DNA of 32,000 nt from Phycisphaera mikurensis NBRC 102666. GTDB lineage: Bacteria > Planctomycetota > Phycisphaerae > Phycisphaerales > Phycisphaeraceae. Position numbers and translations under genes: made by a program. The notes beneath the pieces were generated by a model. It did no database searches and was not told where the DNA came from. It worked only from the letters and a program-made list of their open reading frames with translations. Numbering within the stretch: position 1 is the stretch's first letter; the number at the start of each line of letters is the position of its first letter. The stretch spans positions 540,001-572,000 of the forward strand of contig NC_017080.1 in the NCBI RefSeq assembly GCF_000284115.1, written 5' to 3'. Positions 26,262-32,000 of the stretch are shown in pieces.

Positions 26262-26912
26262 TCAGGCCGAGCGGCGGCGGCCCAGGAGGGCCAGGCCGCC
26301 GGCGCCGACCAGGGCCAGCGAGGCCGGCTCGGGGACGACGGTCAGCGTGAAGTTGTCGAAGCGGGCGACGGGGGTGACGGTGCCGGTGCCCCCGCCGAAG
26401 CCGTCGAGCTGCAGCGCCAGCCGGAGGCGGCCGCCGTTGTAGACGAAGGTCTCGTCCAGCGACTTGATGACGCCGGCCTCGCCTTCCACGACCGCGATGG
26501 CGGGGAAGGAGCGGCCGCCGGGGCCGTTCACTTCCTGGTTGACGTTGATGTAGGAGTTGCCCTCGGTGCTGATCTGCTGGATGTCGCCGGTGATCCGGTA
26601 CTCCTGGCCGATCGTCAGCAGCGTCGAGTCGACCCCGACGCCCGAGCCGAAGTCGTTCACGAAGCTGCCGTAGCGGCCGCGGCTGCTGGAGGTCGTGGCG
26701 GCCGACAGCTGGAGAGCCTGGGAGCCGTCCGAGACCGCCGGGGTCACGATGACGGCGTCGATGTTGGACTGCTGCGCGAAGCCGGTGATGGTGGTCGAGC
26801 CGACGGCGTCCTGCTCGAAGGAGCCGTTGGTGATCAGGTTGGCGCTGGCGAGCCCGGCGGGGAGCACGGCGGTGGCGGTGACGGCGACGAGCACAGCGGA
26901 GAGGTTTCTCAT
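26262..26912 (-). CDS. PEP-CTERM sorting domain-containing protein
   Basis: [35 protein letters not shown]... and C-term [25 protein letters not shown]. The N-terminal ITNGSFE resembles carbohydrate-binding-type jellyroll starts. Confidence 0.9.
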   Translation of the reverse strand: MRNLSAVLVAVTATAVLPAGLASANLITNGSFEQDAVGSTTITGFAQQSNIDAVIVTPAVSDGSQALQLSAATTSSSRGRYGSFVNDFGSGVGVDSTLLTIGQEYRITGDIQQISTEGNSYINVNQEVNGPGGRSFPAIAVVEGEAGVIKSLDETFVYNGGRLRLALQLDGFGGGTGTVTPVARFDNFTLTVVPEPASLALVGAGGLALLGRRRSA

Positions 26913-27042
26913 TTCGGTTCTTTCTCAGGAGAAGAAGAGATGTTCTGCCGCCGCGAACGCGAACGGCGAGCGAGTGAAGGAAAACCCAAGTTACCTCAGG
27001 GCCGTGTGGATGCTCTGCGATTGTCGGAAGGTTCTTCTTCAA

Positions 27043-27052
27043 ATTGCGCAAT
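27043..27052. promoter_or_regulatory. Candidate operator palindrome in divergent intergenic region
   Basis: ATTGCGCAAT, perfect 10-bp palindrome in the relatively AT-rich 26913-27178 region. Confidence 0.25.
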
Positions 27053-27178
27053 GACCGACAGCCGGCGGGGCGCATCGCTCGGAAACTTCCGGCGGAACGC
27101 GGCGGTCGCGCGGCGTCGGCCGGCGCCGTTCCTAGAGAAGAGATCATCGAAACGCGCAGCGGCGCCTACCGTGCCAGG

Positions 27179-28345
27179 ATGAAGCAACCCCTTGTCGCCG
27201 TGCTGGTTGGGATGCAGACGAGCTTCCAGCGGGGGATCGTCGAGGGCATCGCCGGTCACCCGCGGGCCCGCGGCTCGTGGCGGGTGCGCTTCGACCCGTA
27301 CCGGGAGGAGGCGAACCTCGGCGGGCTCGATCGCTGCGACGCGGCGATCAGCGGGCTGGGGCCCGAGGCGGCGGAGCGGCTGCTGGACTGGGGGCGGCCG
27401 GTGGTGAACTGCGTGAACGAGTCGCTGGACCGGCGCTTCGCGGCCAACGTCAGCTGCAACGACGAGGCGGTCGGGCGGCTGGTCGCCGAGGACCTGGTCA
27501 GCCGGGGCTACACCCGCTTCGCGGCGGTGGGCATGACCATGGCGCACTCGTCCAGCCGGCTCGCGGGCTACCTCGACGCGCTGCTCGCGCTCGGGCACGA
27601 GGCCGAGGTGCTCGACCTGCGGTGGGGCGGGGCCGACCGCAGCCGCATGCTCACCGACGCCGACCTCACGCGCTGGCTGCTCGGGCTCCCCAAGCCCGTC
27701 GCGCTCTTCGCCACCAACGACGTGCTGGGCAACCGGGTGATCGAGCTCGCGGGCGCCGCCGATGTCGACGTGCCCGAGGCGCTGGTGGTCGTGGGCGTCG
27801 ACAACGACCCGGCGCTGTGCGGGCTGTCGCGGCCGCCGCTGTCGAGCGTGGAGCTCGCGACCGAGCACATCGGCCACTCCGCCGCGGGCATCATCGACGC
27901 GATCCTCCACGGGGGCGACGGCAGCGCCCGAGACATCACCGTGAGCGTCCCGCCGAGGCGCCTGGTCCACCGGCAGTCGTCCAACGCCCTGGCCATCGAC
28001 GACGCGGACGTCGCCGCCGCGCTGTCGTTCATCCGCCAGAACGCGACGCGCGGCATCGGCGTGGGCGACGTGCTCGACCACGTGCCGATTTCGCGGCGGT
28101 CGCTGGAGCTCCGCTTCACCCGCCTGCTCCGCCGCACGCCCAAGCAGGAGATCCTCCGCGTGCGGATCGAGCTGGCCAAGGCCGAGCTTGCCACCACCGC
28201 CCTGCAGGTGGGGGAGATCGCGCACCGCTGCGGCTTCGGCGACCAGACCCGCTTCGGCATCGCCTTCAAGCGGGCGGTCGGCACGACGCCGACGGCCTTC
28301 CGCCGCAAGTTCCTGGTCGGACGGCCGGCCGGCAGACGCGGCTGA
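27179..28345 (+). CDS. XylR-type transcriptional regulator (LacI-like ligand domain plus AraC HTH)
   Basis: N-terminal MKQPLVAVLVGMQTSFQRGIVEGIAGHPR...LPKPVALFATNDVLGNRVIELA...EALVVVGVDNDPALCGLSRPPLSSVE; C-terminal EILRVRIELAKAELATTALQVGEIAHRCGFGDQTRFGIAFKRAVGTTPTAFRRKF. Confidence 0.92.
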   Translation: MKQPLVAVLVGMQTSFQRGIVEGIAGHPRARGSWRVRFDPYREEANLGGLDRCDAAISGLGPEAAERLLDWGRPVVNCVNESLDRRFAANVSCNDEAVGRLVAEDLVSRGYTRFAAVGMTMAHSSSRLAGYLDALLALGHEAEVLDLRWGGADRSRMLTDADLTRWLLGLPKPVALFATNDVLGNRVIELAGAADVDVPEALVVVGVDNDPALCGLSRPPLSSVELATEHIGHSAAGIIDAILHGGDGSARDITVSVPPRRLVHRQSSNALAIDDADVAAALSFIRQNATRGIGVGDVLDHVPISRRSLELRFTRLLRRTPKQEILRVRIELAKAELATTALQVGEIAHRCGFGDQTRFGIAFKRAVGTTPTAFRRKFLVGRPAGRRG

Positions 28346-28390
28346 CGCCCGCGAGAAGCCGCGGCTGGCGTCAGCCCGCGTCAGTTCGCG

Positions 28391-30475
28391 TCAGTTCGTG
28401 TCGCCCAGGCCGCCGGTCGCGTGCAGCAGGTTGATGCTGAACGGCGGGAGCTCGACCCGGAGCGAGCCGCGGTCGACGGCCCCGCCGGCCAGGAGCGCGT
28501 CGTCGCGGTCCGCATCGGTGCTCCGAAGCTGGAACTCGCTCGCGTCGAGCCCGACGAGCGTGAGGCTCTTGGGGCCGCGGGTCGGGTTCACCAGCGCCAC
28601 GACCGACTCGGCCCCGTCGGGGCTCGTGAAGCCGAGCAGGTCGACGTTCACCCAGCCGTCCTGGCCGGCGCCGTTGGCGCGGAGGTCCGGGTCGTTGGTC
28701 CGCATCGGGTGGACCCGCCAGCCGGGCCGGACCTTCGACCAGAGCGCCGAGAACGCCACGTGCTTCTTCGACGGCGTCACCTCCTGGGTGTCCGGGTCCA
28801 CCATCACCATGCCCCACTTGCTCGGCTCGGTGCCGACCCGCGGCTTGATCCAGTGGGCCCAGTAGTGGTTGGGCACGTCGACGAGGTCGGAGAGGAAGTG
28901 GCGGAACTGGAAGAGCGCCCAGCTGAAGTCGTCGTTGCCGCCGGCGTCGGAGTTCTCCGTCTGCCAGAGCGGCTTGGGGTGGCGGGCGAGGCCGACCTGC
29001 AGCGCGGGCAGGTGGTGCTGGGCGTAGCTGTGGAAGGCGTAGCCGGCGAGGGCGGCGTCGAGCTTCGGGTTCTCGTCGAGCCGGGTGAAGCCGATGCCGC
29101 CGAGGAAGCCCTCGCCGAAGGTCTCGTCGGGGTCGAAGCCGACGGCGGTGCCGCCGCGGACCTCCCACTGCGTCGCCATCGCGTTGGTGTAGTTGGTGTC
29201 GGGGCCGAGGATGCCGACCGCCTGCAGCCCCGCCGCGTCCAGCGCCGCCCGCATCTTCACCGTCAGCCGGGCCCACTGCTCGGGCGTCATCAGCGTGTTC
29301 TCGTGCGCGGCGAGCTGGTCGGGCTCGTTCTGCACGGAGACGTTCAGCGGGAGGCCGAGGCCGTCGTCGTCGAGCTGCCGCACGACGCCGACGTACCAGT
29401 CGATGAAGGCGTCCTCGTTCTCCTCGGGCAGCAGCGACAGCGGCTCGCCGGGGTCGTATCGGCGGTTCTCGTTGGCGTCGAAGTAGCCCTTGTTCCCCTT
29501 GCCGGTCTTCATCGACGTGGGCGCGGACCAGCAGGACAGGATGTAGTCGTCGATGCCGTGGGACTGCGCCGCCCGGAGCCGGTCGCGCATCGCGGCGTAA
29601 GCGGGGGAGGGGGTCCCGCCGGTGACCTTCGCGTCCCAGTGGACGTTCAGCCGGACGAAGGTGAGGCCGAGGTCGCGGTAGTACGCCTCGAGGGCGGCGG
29701 GCACGTCGACCAGGTCGGGTGTCGAGGTGTCCCAGTACTCGTTGCCGACCACGTGGCCGCCCCAGCCGAGGACCTCCTGGGCGGGACGGGGGTTGAACTG
29801 CACGACCGAGCCGAGCTTCTCGCGGCGGGCGGCGGCGGAGGCGCGGGCCTCGAGCGCGGCGGCGTCGCCGGTGGCCGGGGCGGCGGCGGGCGCGCCTCCT
29901 GCGGGCGGCGTGGACGCCGCGGGCGTCGCGGCCTCGCCCGGGCCGACCAGGGCGAAGTCGCTCAGCCGGATGGTCTGCACGCGCTTGCCGAGGTTGCCGA
30001 GCACGTAGCGTGTCTTCGCGTGGTCGCCCTTGCCGGTGAGCGTGACGCGCTCGCTCTCCCAGCGTGAGGAGAAGTCCAGCCCCTTGGGCTCGGTTGCGTT
30101 GGCGTAGCCGCCGCCGTCCTCCTGAAGCGTCGTGAAGACGTTCAGCGGGCCGTCGGCCTTGCTGCTGAAGGTGAGCGTGTAGCGGACGCCGTCCTCGACG
30201 GGGCTGCCGGCGTAGTTCATCAGCTGCACGTGCCAGGCCTTGTCCGTGACCTTCGTCACATCGATCACCAGCGCCGGCTTGCCGTCGGGCCCCCCCTCGG
30301 GGTCGAGCCTGAGCGTCGCCTCGGCGCCGGCTTGGGTCTCCAGGCCCCAGCCGGCGGTGCCGGCCTCCAGCGAGGCGTTGGCGAGCGACGCCGCGGCGGC
30401 GGGGCGGGCCGCCGGGGCGAGCGAGCAGGCGGCAAGGACGAGCAGCGGGAGGATCCGGCGGGAGAGCAGCACCAT
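28391..30475 (-). CDS. Secreted glycoside hydrolase, clan GH-A, GH30-like, with N-terminal CBM-like domain
   Basis: Signal MVLLSRRILPLLVLAACSLAPAARPAAAA; SLANASLEAGTAGWGL... CBM4/9-like; VVQFNPRPAQEVLGWGGHVVGNEYWD; acid/base SVQNEPDQ and nucleophile-like LWQTENSDAGG. Confidence 0.8.
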   Translation of the reverse strand: MVLLSRRILPLLVLAACSLAPAARPAAAASLANASLEAGTAGWGLETQAGAEATLRLDPEGGPDGKPALVIDVTKVTDKAWHVQLMNYAGSPVEDGVRYTLTFSSKADGPLNVFTTLQEDGGGYANATEPKGLDFSSRWESERVTLTGKGDHAKTRYVLGNLGKRVQTIRLSDFALVGPGEAATPAASTPPAGGAPAAAPATGDAAALEARASAAARREKLGSVVQFNPRPAQEVLGWGGHVVGNEYWDTSTPDLVDVPAALEAYYRDLGLTFVRLNVHWDAKVTGGTPSPAYAAMRDRLRAAQSHGIDDYILSCWSAPTSMKTGKGNKGYFDANENRRYDPGEPLSLLPEENEDAFIDWYVGVVRQLDDDGLGLPLNVSVQNEPDQLAAHENTLMTPEQWARLTVKMRAALDAAGLQAVGILGPDTNYTNAMATQWEVRGGTAVGFDPDETFGEGFLGGIGFTRLDENPKLDAALAGYAFHSYAQHHLPALQVGLARHPKPLWQTENSDAGGNDDFSWALFQFRHFLSDLVDVPNHYWAHWIKPRVGTEPSKWGMVMVDPDTQEVTPSKKHVAFSALWSKVRPGWRVHPMRTNDPDLRANGAGQDGWVNVDLLGFTSPDGAESVVALVNPTRGPKSLTLVGLDASEFQLRSTDADRDDALLAGGAVDRGSLRVELPPFSINLLHATGGLGDTN

Positions 30476-30648
30476 GAGGGAGAACCGATCGGGGGCGGGG
30501 AAGCGGGCGCCCGGAGAGGAAGCCGTTCCAAGGTAAAGCCGGGGGAAGCGGCGTTCTCTGCGCTTCGGCGCGTGGGGTTCTTCGTCCCGCGCACCACGCC
30601 CGCCCGTCGCCGCCACGCCGGCCGCCCGGCGGTAGCGTCGGGCGGCGT

Positions 30649-31962
30649 ATGCCGCCGCTGAACGTCCTCTACCTGCACTCCCACGACACCGGCCGCTTCG
30701 TGCGGCCGCACGGCCACGCGGTGCCCACGCCCAACCTGCAGGCCTTCGCCGAGCGGGGCGTGCTGTTCCGCCAGGCCTTCTCCGCCGGCCCGACGTGCTC
30801 GCCCAGCCGGGCGACGCTCTTCACGGGCCGGCCGCCGCACGCGGTGGGCATGTACGGGCTCGCCCACGAGGGCTGGTCGCTGGAGCCCGGGTGCGAGACC
30901 CTCGTCACCACGCTCGGCCGCGCCGGCTACCGGACGGTGCTCGGCGGGTTCCAGCACCTCACCGCCTGGGCCGACGACGACTGGCGGACGCTCGGCTACG
31001 CCGCCGCCAGCCCCGCCCGCAACGGCACGGCCGCGGAGCGGACCGCGGCCGCGTGCGCCTTCCTGCGGGGCCCGCACGACCGCCCGTTCTTCCTGGACCT
31101 CGGCTTCATCGAGACCCACCGCCGGGGCGACGCGGACCGCGACGGCGAGCCGATCCAGTGGCACAACGGCCGGTCCGAACCACTCGGCGATCCGCGGTAC
31201 GTCCGCGTGCCCGCGACGCTCCCGGACACGCCTGCGACCCGCACCGACTTCGCCGACTTCCTCGCCTCCGCAGAGCGCCTGGACCGCTGCTGCGGCGAGG
31301 TGCTCGCAGCGCTCGACGCGGCCGGCCTCCGCGAAGACACGATCGTCCTGATCACCACCGACCACGGCATCGCCTTCCCCGGGATGAAGTGCAACCTCAC
31401 CGATCACGGCACCGGCGTGCTGATGATGCTCGCCGGGCCGGAGCGGCTCGGGCTCGCCGGCGGCCGCGTGATCGACGCGATGGTGACGCACGCCGACGTC
31501 TTCCCCTCGCTCTGCGGGTGGCTGGGCCTGCCCGAGCCTCCGGGCCTGACCGGCCGCTCGCTCGCGCCGCTGCTCGACGGGCGGCTGGATCCCGCGCAGC
31601 CCGACGCGCTCCACGACGCCGTCTTCACGCAGGTCAACCACCACCTCCGCCGCGAGGTGGAGCGTGCGATCCGCACCCCGCGCTTCAAGTACATCCGCCG
31701 GTACCAGGACGACCCGATCACGGCCCACAGCACCGACGCCTCGGTGTCGGAGCGGGTGATGCGTGAAGCCGGCTGGGGCGAGCAGCCGCTGCCCGCGGAG
31801 CGGCTGCACGACCTCTGGCTCGACCCGCAGGAGTCCTGCGACCTCGCCGCAGGAGCCGAGCACGCCGGCACGGTCGCCGCCCTGCGCGGAAGCCTCGAGG
31901 CGTGGATGCGACGCCACGGCGACCCGGCGCTGCGCCACGCGGTGCCCGAGCCCGCCCGCTGA
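30649..31962 (+). CDS. Sulfatase family protein
   Basis: MPPLNVLYLHSHDTGRFVRPHGHAVPTPNLQAFAERGVLFRQAFSAGPTCSPSRATLFTGRPPHAVG: CSPSR formylglycine motif; VLITTDHGIAFPGMKCNLTDHGTGV. Confidence 0.93.
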   Translation: MPPLNVLYLHSHDTGRFVRPHGHAVPTPNLQAFAERGVLFRQAFSAGPTCSPSRATLFTGRPPHAVGMYGLAHEGWSLEPGCETLVTTLGRAGYRTVLGGFQHLTAWADDDWRTLGYAAASPARNGTAAERTAAACAFLRGPHDRPFFLDLGFIETHRRGDADRDGEPIQWHNGRSEPLGDPRYVRVPATLPDTPATRTDFADFLASAERLDRCCGEVLAALDAAGLREDTIVLITTDHGIAFPGMKCNLTDHGTGVLMMLAGPERLGLAGGRVIDAMVTHADVFPSLCGWLGLPEPPGLTGRSLAPLLDGRLDPAQPDALHDAVFTQVNHHLRREVERAIRTPRFKYIRRYQDDPITAHSTDASVSERVMREAGWGEQPLPAERLHDLWLDPQESCDLAAGAEHAGTVAALRGSLEAWMRRHGDPALRHAVPEPAR

Positions 31963-32000
31963 GCGGGCTCCGCCACGCCCGCACCCGCTCCGACCCGCGG

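Noticed and set aside
26996-28225. 409-aa minus-strand ORF
   Set aside because: Antisense to the XylR-type regulator; the plus strand has clear LacI-like and AraC HTH motifs.

Overview
High-GC (about 70%) bacterial chromosomal window. The gene content suggests a Phycisphaerae-type planctomycete: PEP-CTERM anchored proteins, type II pseudopilin-like proteins, sulfatases and glycoside hydrolases. This taxonomic placement is inference. About 24 protein-coding genes are supportable. Left side: sulfatase (5' part only, minus strand), AraC-family regulator, a pseudopilin/PEP-CTERM pair, a GH2 enzyme, a GH43-like protein, a PhyH-like dioxygenase and a secreted cyclophilin. Middle, mostly housekeeping: PGRP-type amidase, MscS channel, CoaB-like protein, M16 peptidase homolog without zinc ligands, EamA-like transporter, dual-PilZ protein, AMP-dependent ligase plus hexapeptide acyltransferase, DUF4130-UdgX fusion, nitrilase plus GNAT, QueE and two lipoproteins. 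Right side: a second pseudopilin/PEP-CTERM pair divergent from a XylR/AraC-type regulator, then a GH30-like enzyme and a second sulfatase. The most interesting non-coding signals are a 103-bp tandem array of a near-palindromic element (about 7246-7497) and two polypurine/polypyrimidine arrays with exactly 8-bp periodicity (565-636 and 14217-14408), each just upstream of a minus-strand start codon. I found no CRISPR array, rRNA, tRNA, transposase or convincing defence/mobile system. All domain calls come from reading motifs by eye; no search was run.
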